Counted from the stretch's first letter, positions 10,689 through 23,384 are shown. The stretch: DNA of 32,000 nucleotides from Bacillus subtilis subsp. subtilis str. 168 (GCF_000009045.1 NC_000964.3:2040001-2072000); one strand, 5' to 3'. Made by a program: numbers and translations. Notes: generated by a model not told the origin, from the sequence alone.

Positions 10689-10952
10689 TTGAAGATTAGG
10701 AAAATCTTATTGAGTTCTGCTTTATCCTTTGGCATGCTAATATCCGCGGTTCCCGCATTGGCTGCTGGCACTTCGTCTGAGGTTGCAGTAAAAAATGAAG
10801 AATATGATTATGACACTATATACCGCATTAGTCCTCTGCCAATGGACTTCCAGCCAACAATAGAATACAACGGTTATACTTATACGCTTACACGTCATTA
10901 TTTTGATTACTCAATCGGGTTTTACACGGCTATTTATACAAAAGTTGTTTAA
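10689..10952 (+). CDS. yobB: small secreted protein (YobB)
   Basis: 87 aa (TTG start): signal peptide MKIRKILLSSALSFGMLISAVPALA followed by an aromatic-rich short mature region. Paralog at 20802..21077. Confidence 0.8.
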   Translation: MKIRKILLSSALSFGMLISAVPALAAGTSSEVAVKNEEYDYDTIYRISPLPMDFQPTIEYNGYTYTLTRHYFDYSIGFYTAIYTKVV

Positions 10953-10960
10953 ACTTATAA

Positions 10961-10987
10961 AGGAGCTTTTTAGCTCCTTTTTCTCTT
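10961..10987 (+). terminator. intrinsic terminator after yobB
   Basis: AAGGAGC-ttttttta-GCTCCTTTTT; the same structure is found after the paralog. Confidence 0.7.
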
Positions 10988-11328
10988 GTTTTAAGCAAGG
11001 TATTTCTTTCTATGTGGTCCCCTATCAAATACAACATCAACATTCTCCAGTTCTCTTTGACACGAACAAAATCTAAAGTTTGGTTTTAAATGCTGGTAAT
11101 AAAAAATTCACTTTAAAGAAGTGCCGCCCGCAAAATACGGCTTTTGTACACTACGCCAATTTTATATTGAAAAGCCAGACCTCCTCAAAGAGGTTCCAGC
11201 TTTTCTTAATGTGCTATCGATCTTCGTTAGTTCAACGGGAACTTTATCATTCGGTACAAATGCAGCCTCCCAACTTCTAGTTAGGGCTGATGGCGGAATA
11301 TCTGACGGTTCTCTACACACATCAGACA

Positions 11329-13989
<2,661 letters not shown>

Positions 13990-13990
13990 T

Positions 13991-14116
13991 TATAAGATGG
14001 ATATCTATAACTTTTTAACTAGAAAGCGCACGTAGTGTGATTATATCACCGTGTCTGTTTTTGTGCAATATAAAAAGAACCTGGGAAATTTCACCAGGTT
14101 CTTTTCTTAATTTCCA
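13991..14116 (+). ncRNA. candidate small RNA (or tiny-peptide mRNA) between divergent promoter and terminator
   Basis: Downstream of the consensus promoter; internal hairpin CACG..GTGAT-tat-ATCAC-CGTG near 14029-14053; ends at a strong terminator. Confidence 0.45.
14080..14112. terminator. bidirectional intrinsic terminator
   Basis: AAAAAGAACCTGG-gaaatttca-CCAGGTTCTTTTC. Confidence 0.8.
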
Positions 14117-14598
14117 TAGCTAGTCGCATTAAAAAACTTGGTTTGAGCTGATTCAATCCTCTAAGGAAATCCTAAAGTTGGGTTCTTTTTGAACTTACTT
14201 GCTTTGTTCGTAGAGTCCCCATTCATAAATTGGACTTTTTGTTCTTAACAGTCCCACCTTTAACTAGTATAAAGTTATGAGGATCTGGTTAACTACTAGA
14301 TATTTTTATTTTGAATAAGGCTTATGTTTGATAAAGAAGGGTTATGTAAAGGTGTCTGTTGTGAGCAAGCGCTGACTACAAAAAATTGATAGCATTCTCA
14401 TTTAAATACCATTCTATTAACCTATAGGGAAAGTTTTAAAACCAGATGGAGAATACCCTACCTCCAGCAATTCCAAGGCCGTTCACCTAGTAGAAAACAA
14501 CCTTTAACCATTACTAACGATTTTAATAATCATTGATTATAAAACTTCTCAAGGAACGATCAGCAGCCCGTTAGCTACCCCTGATTAAGGATGATCTG

Positions 14599-15243
<645 letters not shown>

Positions 15244-15867
15244 TTACCTCCTATAATATTTTTTCCGACTTTGAGGTAGCACTCGTATACATTTAAAACA
15301 TTCTTAATTACTAACGCCAAAGCTTTTGATCGTCCCCTTCAGTATAATACCACGAATTCATGAGCAAATATTAAAAGTATTTGTAATTCAATTACAAATA
15401 CCTAGAAACACATTATAAGTGGTCTTCTTCCACCATATCCTGATCCTTTTTTCGCAGGATCACAATTCTTGTTTCTAATTCAGATGGAGTAATATCTGCA
15501 ATGAATTCCCATTGAACCATTTCAAATAAAGGAGATATACATTAGAGATTGTGAAATTATTGTAGCTGCCGCTTGTCTAATGAAGGGAAGCAAATTTATG
15601 AAGAATATGAAGAACTGAAGAAGAAAACAATTAAGGTTATACTAAGAAAGAACTGCTCAATTAAAATTATTGACCAAATTTGAGGATGATAGCTTAGATC
15701 AGTTTTACAAAGAAGTTGCAAGATTTTTATTTGAAAGGGCTCTGAAAAAGAAAAAAAAGAATTGACAATCAGGGTAACTGTGGGATGTAACCGAGCCTCC
15801 AATTCAAAATAAATATCTTTAACTTTCTTTTTTTATTTAAAGAGGGACTGTATATCCCTCTTTAAAA

Positions 15868-16107
15868 TTAAGCTTTAGATTGCTGCTGAAAGTAATAAAA
15901 ATTGTACTTTTGATCAAACCCTTCTTCGCTACCACAAAGAAAAATAATGAATTCAATAAATGCGATAATAGAGGGGATACCAGTCCAGCAAAACAAAATA
16001 TATAGAATACCTTGTCCTACTCTTCCCAAATAAAACTTATGTATTCCCAGACCCCCGAAGAAAAATGCTAATAATGCCGCTACAATTTTGTTCTTCTTGC
16101 TTACCAT
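15868..16107 (-). CDS. TM2-domain membrane protein
   Basis: 79 aa: KNKIVAALLAFFFGGLGIHKFYLGRVGQGILYILFCWTGIPSIIAFIEFI, classic TM2 signature. Confidence 0.85.
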   Translation of the reverse strand: MVSKKNKIVAALLAFFFGGLGIHKFYLGRVGQGILYILFCWTGIPSIIAFIEFIIFLCGSEEGFDQKYNFYYFQQQSKA

Positions 16108-16277
16108 GACTTCCTCCTAGTTCATTGCTACCATTTTTAAAGTAATGCTTTCACATTATAATGCATTTTCCGCCAGAAATCGTGAAAATTTTGAAATTCT
16201 TTTGAGATTTTTTATTTTATTGAGAAATGAAAGCTCATATAATTGAACTAGATGGTTTTGGGAGGCATTTATTCAAA

Positions 16278-16616
16278 ATGTATTGCCAAAGATTACGGCA
16301 ATTACGAAAGGCACACAAATTAACAATGGAACAGTTAGCTGAGAAAATTGGAATTGCAAAATCAAGTTACGGCGGGTATGAAGCTGAAAGCAAAAAACCA
16401 CCATTGGACAAGTTGGTTATTTTAGCTAGACTATATGATGTTTCAGTTGATTACATACTTGGATTAACAGATGATCCTGATCCTAAAGTGGAAAGAAAAA
16501 ATCTAAAAGAGTTTTTAGAAAAACCAGATATTCACTGGGATGGATATAAACTTACCCCTGAGATATTAGATCCTATACGGAAAATTTTGAAGTTGGTTAC
16601 TGCAAACAACAATTAA
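16278..16616 (+). CDS. yobD: XRE-family HTH regulator (YobD)
   Basis: ORF 16227..16616; ATG at 16278 gives 112 aa; RLRQLRKAHKLTMEQLAEKIGIAKSSYGGYEAESKKPPLDKLVILARLYDVSVDYILGLTD. Confidence 0.85.
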   Translation: MYCQRLRQLRKAHKLTMEQLAEKIGIAKSSYGGYEAESKKPPLDKLVILARLYDVSVDYILGLTDDPDPKVERKNLKEFLEKPDIHWDGYKLTPEILDPIRKILKLVTANNN

Positions 16617-16649
16617 AAAAGCCCTCATAAGGGCTTTTGCATAAAACAA

Positions 16650-17114
16650 TTATTTCATTGAATTTTCTGGACTCATTTCAAGAAGTTTATTCATGATGAT
16701 AGCTAAACTTTCACCAGCTTTTTGTAGCTTCTCACCTGCTTTTATCAGAGTAATTAAAGCACTTAAAAAGTCCACTAAGCTATTTTGATTTATTGCAACT
16801 GTTTCTTTATAAGCTTTGTAAGCTTCTTCAAACTGATCAAATTGCACACCTTTCATAGCAACAACAGCTAATTTATCTGAAATATTTCCATATGACTCTG
16901 TTAAACTAAAAAATCTTTTGACATTGATTAGTAAGGCAATGCACTTTAAATAATCGTGCCCCAGACCAATATGTAAATTGCCTGCAGCAAACAGCAAATC
17001 GTTCAAAACTGTGTACGGTTCACCATTCCTTGCAACTGTCTCAATCCCTTTGTATAAGTATAATAAAAAGACAAATGAATTTTTATCTGTGGAACGCTCA
17101 GGTAATAAGGACAC
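16650..17114 (-). CDS. hypothetical protein, 154 aa
   Basis: Long open frame with protein-like composition (...VQFDQFEEAYKAYKETVAINQNSLVDFLSALITLIKAGEKLQKAGESL...). Confidence 0.6.
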   Translation of the reverse strand: MSLLPERSTDKNSFVFLLYLYKGIETVARNGEPYTVLNDLLFAAGNLHIGLGHDYLKCIALLINVKRFFSLTESYGNISDKLAVVAMKGVQFDQFEEAYKAYKETVAINQNSLVDFLSALITLIKAGEKLQKAGESLAIIMNKLLEMSPENSMK

Positions 17115-17213
17115 TATAATAACTTACTTTAAGCCAAAACATCCAAATAAAAAGGCTGGTTATAATTATTATAAAAATCAATAGGAACTATAAATATATA
17201 AAGAGGGATTGCT

Positions 17214-17579
17214 ATGCCAAAATTATATACATGTTTAATTTGCGGATATAAAGGATTAATTCAAAACCCATTAAACAATGATGGTGAGTATCAAAAAACA
17301 TTTGATATCTGCCCTTGCTGTGATTTTGAATACGGCTACAGTGAAGATCATGACGTAAGCTTAGGTTTTATTGTAACTCCAGATTATTTAATTGACGCTG
17401 CAATTCAGTTATACCGAAAACAGTGGATTGAGAATGGAATGAAAACTGCAAATCCTGAAGATATTCCAGAAGAATTAAGAAACGGTGACTGCTTAAAATT
17501 CGAGGTGTTGTTAAAGCAATTGAATAGCCTAAATCTCGATACTGAAAACTTTGAAATCAAGGGATTTAATGGTTATTAA
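17214..17579 (+). CDS. CPCC cysteine-rich protein, paralog of YoaQ
   Basis: 121 aa, same CLICGYKGLIQNPL...CPCC...YGYSEDHD...EDIPEEL core as 676..1029; GAGGG RBS upstream. Confidence 0.8.
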   Translation: MPKLYTCLICGYKGLIQNPLNNDGEYQKTFDICPCCDFEYGYSEDHDVSLGFIVTPDYLIDAAIQLYRKQWIENGMKTANPEDIPEELRNGDCLKFEVLLKQLNSLNLDTENFEIKGFNGY

Positions 17580-17791
17580 GCAGATCCAAGCCCCCATATG
17601 GGGGCGTTCTTATTATTGTACAGTCTATCAGAACTATTTATAGAAAAACTATTTAATGTATTGTATAAATATCACTGACCTTTTCTTTCTCCATTCAACT
17701 TCCTTAACCCTCAACTGTTTGCTGCTGCATCACATTCCTCCTTTTTGATTTTTGTGTATCAAGCCTGTACAATATTCAAAAACCCTAAAGG

Positions 17792-18460
17792 ATGATGAAC
17801 ATGTGTGGCAAGTTCACTTTATTTTCTGAGTTTGATGACATCATTGAGCAATTCAACATAGATCAATTCTTACCTGAAGGTGAATATCACCCTAGCTATA
17901 ATGTCGCTCCTTCACAAAACATCCTGACAATTATCAACGATGGATCTAATAACCGTCTGGGTAAACTTAGATGGGGTCTTATCCCTCCTTGTGCTAAAGA
18001 CGAAAAGATCGGTTATAAAATGATTAATGCTCGTGCTGAAACATTGGCCGAGAAACCCAGCTTTCGAAAGCCGCTCGGAAGCAAACGTTGTATCATACCG
18101 GCTGACAGTTTTTATGAATGGAAACGCCTTGATCCAAAGACTAAGATTCCTATGCGGATTAAACTTAAATCGTCGAATCTCTTTGCTTTTGCCGGCTTAT
18201 ATGAAAAGTGGAACACGCTAGAAGGCAATCTGTTGTACACTTGCACAATCATCACAATAAAGCCTAGTGAGCTTATGGAAGACATTCATGATCGGATGCC
18301 AGTTATCCTAACTGATGAGAACAAAAAGGAATGGCTAAATCCTAAAAATACTGATCCTGATTATCTACAAAGCTTGTTGCTGCCTTATGATGCTGATGAC
18401 ATGGAAGCATATCAGGTATCTTCATTAGTGAATTCACCTGAGCTCATTGAATCCCATTAA
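17792..18460 (+). CDS. yobE: SRAP/HMCES-family (SOS response-associated) protein (YobE)
   Basis: 222 aa; the MCGKFT start supplies the catalytic Cys2; WGLIPPC..., INARAET, RCIIPADSFYEW, DRMPVIL motifs. Confidence 0.93.
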   Translation: MMNMCGKFTLFSEFDDIIEQFNIDQFLPEGEYHPSYNVAPSQNILTIINDGSNNRLGKLRWGLIPPCAKDEKIGYKMINARAETLAEKPSFRKPLGSKRCIIPADSFYEWKRLDPKTKIPMRIKLKSSNLFAFAGLYEKWNTLEGNLLYTCTIITIKPSELMEDIHDRMPVILTDENKKEWLNPKNTDPDYLQSLLLPYDADDMEAYQVSSLVNSPELIESH

Positions 18461-18482
18461 GTACCACTGCCATATCGCTTTA

Positions 18483-18529
18483 TATACCACCTCCTCTTAG
18501 CTAATATGTTCTAAGTAGGAGGTGGTATT
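18483..18529 (+). terminator. strong hairpin terminator after yobE
   Basis: TACCACCTCCT (18483-18493) pairs with AGGAGGTGGTA (18515-18525), then TTTTG. Confidence 0.75.
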
Positions 18530-18714
18530 TTGTTTGTATCTCCAATGCTATTGCATTCAATAAAAGAGCCTTTTGATGACGAGAGCTATATCACTGAGCT
18601 TAAATTATCAAGACTAAAATTAAAATAAGGGCTCATACATAGTTGATATATATAATATGTATTGAGACCTTTATTGAACAAACGCCCCGTTTGTTAAAGT
18701 GGAAATCTCTATAA

Positions 18715-19641
18715 TTAATAGCCGACTTTTAAAAGTTCCAATCTAAAATTATCCTCTAAATCGGCTAGCTTCATTAACTTCTCCGATATACCTTTCCAAT
18801 CTTTATTTACAGACATAGAATGACATATCCCAAACACCTTAGCCTGTTCAGTCTTCAACACTGATAAATGTGAATGCCTATCTTTAAAATACATTGCATA
18901 ATCGTTGGCCCTTCTTGCACTTAATTGGAAAAGGAAGAATGTTGTATGCCTTATAGTATCAGCTGTAATAGGGGCATTTAATAATTGATCAGCATAAAAA
19001 CAAATTGCTTCCCTTCCAATTAACCCTATATCCACTTTTTCGAATTTCCGATAAGTTCTCTTAAAATAATCAATTGCTCTCTCGTATATTTCGTTATTGT
19101 CTAATGTGACAACCTTTTTTGCTGTAGACCAATATTTATTGATTCCTTTCCTATACGGAATCCTTTCCGCCATCCAAGCCTTCTTAAATTGGTCCAGTGA
19201 TAATGGAACAAATGGAAAGCCTGCTGGATCTTGCACATAAATATTTTCATTATCCATTTGGTACCCTAGAACATAATGGTCAGAACCATTTAAATTTTTA
19301 TGATTCGGATGGTATGTTAGCTCCCCCATATCTAAAGGGCCTAGAATGACAGGGTTTTGTTTGATTTGCTGTTTTAATAACGGAAATGGGTCATCTAAGT
19401 CACTAGCTTGCTGATGTTCTTCTGCAGTAAATCCAAGGATGTTTAAAGCATAATTGATACCATCATCAGGATCTCTCATACTAAAATAAAGGTTTTTTTC
19501 ATATTCTATCATGGCACCTAACCCAACACCAGTTAATATCTCTACAAGTTGAGGAGATACATTTTCTCCTATTGATGAAAGAAACATTGCAGTTGAATTT
19601 GAATAACAGTAATGGCCATTTCCTATATACACTAACATCAC
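18715..19641 (-). CDS. yobF: YobF, C39-like/BtrH-like cysteine peptidase fold candidate
   Basis: 308 aa; ordered Cys (GHYCYSNSTAMFL), His (GSDHYVLGYQ) and Asp (VQDPAG). The true start may be a few codons in. Confidence 0.7.
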   Translation of the reverse strand: MMLVYIGNGHYCYSNSTAMFLSSIGENVSPQLVEILTGVGLGAMIEYEKNLYFSMRDPDDGINYALNILGFTAEEHQQASDLDDPFPLLKQQIKQNPVILGPLDMGELTYHPNHKNLNGSDHYVLGYQMDNENIYVQDPAGFPFVPLSLDQFKKAWMAERIPYRKGINKYWSTAKKVVTLDNNEIYERAIDYFKRTYRKFEKVDIGLIGREAICFYADQLLNAPITADTIRHTTFFLFQLSARRANDYAMYFKDRHSHLSVLKTEQAKVFGICHSMSVNKDWKGISEKLMKLADLEDNFRLELLKVGY

Positions 19642-19690
19642 CTCCGGGTAGATAAGTTAACCTTACAATTTTGAAAATTGAAAATCCATA

Positions 19691-19864
19691 TTAAATTGCT
19701 CCGTTCTCGTATTCATCATCTGGATCATTTTTATCAACAATAATGATCTTCTCGCCAATCTCCGTTTTACGATCGACCTCTACGTATTCGCGCTTGATGC
19801 TGCTAAGTGTTTCGTCAGCCAGTACGTGAATCATTACAGTTGAGTTCGCTTTAATTTCCGTCAT
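19691..19864 (-). CDS. small acidic conserved-looking protein, 57 aa (not in ORF track)
   Basis: MTEIKANSTVMIHVLADETLSSIKREYVEVDRKTEIGEKIIIVDKNDPDDEYENGAI, protein-like and typical of phage-associated small proteins. Confidence 0.6.
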   Translation of the reverse strand: MTEIKANSTVMIHVLADETLSSIKREYVEVDRKTEIGEKIIIVDKNDPDDEYENGAI

Positions 19865-20008
19865 TTACTGCACCCTTTATATTTTTTTTATGTTTTTTCA
19901 ATTCTTTTTAGATTTTCATATTGGATTTCACTCTTTTAATTATAGAGGCGTGTCATACACATGCCATCTAAGAGAGATAGGACAATTTTGTCTTGGAGGT
20001 GAAAGCTA

Positions 20009-20233
20009 ATGAATTTTCTTCTTGATCTTTTTACAAATTGGACTTTTGATAAAGTCCTGGATTATACACTAGCTGCTGTAATTTGGTCTGTATTTAAATC
20101 CAGATCAAAGCAGAATAAGTATCCAGGCTATTTCGAGAAAATACGCCGCTATAGAAATTTACATCCCCTTCTGCGATCGTTATCGATGCGTGTACTTTTA
20201 TCGATAACGATCCATCCTTATATGTTTAGTTAA
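20009..20233 (+). CDS. hypothetical 74-aa protein
   Basis: MNFLLDLFTNWTFDKVLDYTLAAVIWSVFKSRSKQNKYPG...; preceded by GGAGGTG RBS. Confidence 0.45.
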   Translation: MNFLLDLFTNWTFDKVLDYTLAAVIWSVFKSRSKQNKYPGYFEKIRRYRNLHPLLRSLSMRVLLSITIHPYMFS

Positions 20234-20236
20234 AAA

Positions 20237-20692
20237 CTATCTTTTATTTAGACTTAATGGGATAAAATCTTCATTGTAAAACTCTTCCCACTCAGCAATT
20301 AAGTTTCTATAATAGTTTTGGTTAGAGTCGGTTGGCATAGATTCAATATTGTCAAAACCATTAATACCGACATCTAATTCTACTGTCACTAATCCTTGGT
20401 AAAACTTCTTATAATTCTTTTTAATTACTTTGAAAAATTCAACATCAAAGAAGTCTTCATATTCAGTTGCTCCACTCCAAGAATCATAAGAGGACTTAAC
20501 ACGATAATTAAAAAGAACCAAAACTAACTCATCTTTCACATCTTTTGATATTTGCTCCATTAATTGATTTAGTCCTTCACTGGCATTAAAATCTACAATG
20601 CTTAATCGGAAGTCAATCCAAGTAACAGCTTCATCTTTTAACCTTCCTTCTCCGTCTTCATTCACTTCAATTAATACATATCTGTCAGCCAT
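20237..20692 (-). CDS. hypothetical acidic protein, 151 aa, possible immunity-type
   Basis: MADRYVLIEVNEDGEGRLKDEAVTWIDFRLSIVDFNASEG...; Shine-Dalgarno-like GGAGG upstream. Confidence 0.65.
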   Translation of the reverse strand: MADRYVLIEVNEDGEGRLKDEAVTWIDFRLSIVDFNASEGLNQLMEQISKDVKDELVLVLFNYRVKSSYDSWSGATEYEDFFDVEFFKVIKKNYKKFYQGLVTVELDVGINGFDNIESMPTDSNQNYYRNLIAEWEEFYNEDFIPLSLNKR

Positions 20693-20801
20693 AATTCCCT
20701 CCTAATTTATTTGTTTAAAATCACGATTTTAACTATTTATGATCCATTAGTCACTTCCAAAGCAACTTCCATTTAACTCATAATTAATATATAAAATGTA
20801 A

Positions 20802-21077
20802 ATGGAGTTGATATATTTGAACCTTCGAAAAATTTTATTGAGTTCTGCTTTATCATTAGGTATGCTGGTATCTGCTGCTCCTGTCTTGGCAACAAGTTCT
20901 TCGTCTGAAGTGATAGTAAAAAGTGATGAATATGATTATGACACCATATATCAGCTTAGCCCCCTACCAAACTTCAAGCCTTCTATTGAATACAATGGAT
21001 ATACTTATACTCTCACACGTTATTATTTCGATTACTCAATTCAGTTTTATACGGCTATTTATACAAAAGTTGTTTAA
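20802..21077 (+). CDS. YobB paralog, small secreted protein
   Basis: Likely TTG start just inside the ORF (MNLRKILLSSALSLGMLVSAAPVLA...); mature part nearly parallel to YobB (EYDYDTIYQLSPLPNFKPSIEYNGYTYTLTRYYFDYSIQFYTAIYTKVV). Confidence 0.75.
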   Translation: MELIYLNLRKILLSSALSLGMLVSAAPVLATSSSSEVIVKSDEYDYDTIYQLSPLPNFKPSIEYNGYTYTLTRYYFDYSIQFYTAIYTKVV

Positions 21078-21475
21078 ACTTATAGGGAGCTTTTTTAGCT
21101 CCTTTTTCACCTTTTTAAGCAAGATATTTCTTTCTATGCGGTCTTTTATGTATGAAATCAAATGCTTTCCCTAATTCCTTCTCTTCTGTTACCGCTGAGT
21201 CCATATCTTATATTGCATCTAAGGTTTAGTCAGTCGAGATCATTGAATATATAGTACTTTACTCAGAACATTTTGCTTATTAAGGACATAATAAGTGTTC
21301 GTATTAATTTTTCCTGTTACGATAACGATCAAAAACAAAATAATTTATCTCATTTTAAGACAGAAGTTATTCTGCTTTTTCAAAAAAATATTCTTGATTT
21401 TCCCTTTTTTAGATGCATCCATAAAGCATTCGATCATAACCATTATATGTAACTGAAATGCAGGTATAAGAGTTA

Positions 21476-21589
21476 TTATATAGGGATTACACTACCATTA
21501 TCTGGGGGTGTATTAACATCCAAATACTCAAAAGCAAGAACAAATGTACCCATAGCACTTCCATTTCCACACCCTATCCAAATTTTCAT
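21476..21589 (-). CDS. possible 37-aa ORF or remnant
   Basis: MKIWIGCGNGSAMGTFVLAFEYLDVNTPPDNGSVIPI; no independent support. Confidence 0.25.
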   Translation of the reverse strand: MKIWIGCGNGSAMGTFVLAFEYLDVNTPPDNGSVIPI

Positions 21590-21827
21590 TTTCCTAATTC
21601 CACATCAAAATCACCCTTTTTCACATCGTAATCACTATCGTAAAAGCCTATAGTATCAACGTTTTTCCTTCTTAAAATTTTCTTTTTTTATAAATATCTT
21701 CCCAAAACAACCACTTTCCCCTACTCCCGCTTATGTTTTACGATCGTTTACCCCCTATTTACTAATTAAAGTATCAAAAATTCTTATGTTTACTGTCTTT
21801 TTAGCTCATTATAAATTTTTACGATAA

Positions 21828-21995
21828 GCAATTGCCTTTGCTTTTGGATATGACTTGACTGTATTTGGTGACGATTTAACAGAGAAATTTAATGCTCTTC
21901 TGACTTTTTTAACTGCATTGGGCATTATTGTTGATCCAACAACTCAAGGTATTTCTGATAGTGAACAAGCAATGGATTATGATTCACCGAGATAA
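21828..21995 (+). pseudogene. C-terminal remnant of a small phage holin (phi LC3/SPP1-type)
   Basis: Frame after an in-frame TAA at 21825 reads AIAFAFGYDLTVFGDDLTEKFNALLTFLTALGIIVDPTTQGISDSEQAMDYDSPR*; LGI(V/I)VDPTT.G.SDS is a phage holin C-terminal signature. Confidence 0.7.
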
Positions 21996-22149
21996 ACCCC
22001 ATACCCTTCTCTTGATTGAGGAGGGTATTTTTTTCGTTTTTTCAAATGAAAAAATTGCAGAAAACTTTACATCCTTTTACAATTTTTTCAATGACTATGT
22101 TATGATTGTTTTCGAGAGATTTTTGAAATTTTCAGAAAGAGGGGTTTAA

Positions 22150-23265
22150 ATGAGTAAGATCGCTTCTGAAGTTGTCGCTACTACACTGAATGACTGGTAC
22201 ATTGCTATAAAAAAACAAAAGGTTGATGAATCAATAAAATATTATTCAGAGATAAAGAAACTTTTTGATGAAATGGAAGAAGATCAAGAAGTTCTTGCGT
22301 ATTATAGTCTATTAGAAGAAAGACATAAAATGTTGCTGCATTCTTCACGAGGAGAGCCTTTACAAAAGCACACCTATTTTACTGAAGACAATCAAAACTT
22401 CATAACAAAAACAAATGATAAATTAGAATACAACTTTTATTTATTTGAAGCAATGTACGAGGCATACAACAAAAACTATGATCGAGCAATTAACCTATAT
22501 GGATTAGCTGAGAAAAAGCTTGCAGAAATTCCAGATGAAATTGAAGCAGCTGAATTTTACTCTAAAGTCTCTTACTTATATACTCTTGTTAAACAAAGCA
22601 TTGTGGCACAACATTATATAAAAAATGCAATTTCAATATATAAGCGACACCCTGATTATAAATGCAAACTAGCTACATCAACAATGATTGCAGCTGCAAA
22701 CTATGCTGATATGAAACGATTTGAGGAAGCAGAACAATATTACTTAGAAGCAATTGATATTGCAAAAGAAACAAAAGATGAATTTTTAAAAGCTCAATTA
22801 TTTCACAATCTTAGTATCGTTTATTCTGATTGGAACAAACCTGATAAATGCATTGAATCTCTTGAAAAAGCAATAGGAAATGAATCTTGGTTACATTCGA
22901 TTTATTATATAAATTCTTTATTCATGATGATTAAAGAACTCTTTAAAATTGACGAAAAAATGAAAGCCATTAATTTTTACAATAAAGCACAGGAAAGACT
23001 CATATTAATGGAGAATAAAGTATACGAAGCCAAAATCAGCATCCTGTATAACCTTTATTGTGGGGAATTAAAAAATAATTTCAATAATTGTATTAGTAAT
23101 ATTGAGTTTTTAAAACAGCAAAATGAACTTGAAAGTGTAGATGAATTGTCCTACATAGCTGCAAAAAGGTTTGAATCAATAGGTGCTTTTGAAGAAGCAA
23201 CGAGCTTTTTCAATGCGAAAATTTGGGCTGAACAGAAAATGAATCAGGTGGAGGGAATCTTATGA
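22150..23265 (+). CDS. rapK: response-regulator aspartate phosphatase RapK
   Basis: 371 aa Rap-family TPR protein (SKIASEVVATTLNDWYIAIKKQKVDESIKYYSEIK...YYSLLEERH); overlaps a Phr ORF. Confidence 0.93.
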   Translation: MSKIASEVVATTLNDWYIAIKKQKVDESIKYYSEIKKLFDEMEEDQEVLAYYSLLEERHKMLLHSSRGEPLQKHTYFTEDNQNFITKTNDKLEYNFYLFEAMYEAYNKNYDRAINLYGLAEKKLAEIPDEIEAAEFYSKVSYLYTLVKQSIVAQHYIKNAISIYKRHPDYKCKLATSTMIAAANYADMKRFEEAEQYYLEAIDIAKETKDEFLKAQLFHNLSIVYSDWNKPDKCIESLEKAIGNESWLHSIYYINSLFMMIKELFKIDEKMKAINFYNKAQERLILMENKVYEAKISILYNLYCGELKNNFNNCISNIEFLKQQNELESVDELSYIAAKRFESIGAFEEATSFFNAKIWAEQKMNQVEGIL

Positions 23266-23384
23266 AAAAACTTGTGCTTTGCGTATCTATTTTAGCTGTG
23301 ATTTTAAGTGGAGTAGCTTTAACGCAATTGAGTACAGATTCACCATCTAACATCCAGGTAGCTGAAAGGCCAGTCGGAGGTTAA
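23262..23384 (+). CDS. phrK: Phr quorum-sensing peptide precursor PhrK
   Basis: 40 aa MKKLVLCVSILAVILSGVALTQLSTDSPSNIQVAERPVGG; ATGA overlap with rapK; ERPVG signalling pentapeptide near the C-terminus. Not in the ORF track. Confidence 0.93.
   Translation: MKKLVLCVSILAVILSGVALTQLSTDSPSNIQVAERPVGG

Noticed and set aside
21928-22149. 73-aa ORF overlapping the start of rapK
   Set aside because: Different frame from the holin remnant. It spans the terminator and ends at the rapK start, so it is not a credible gene.
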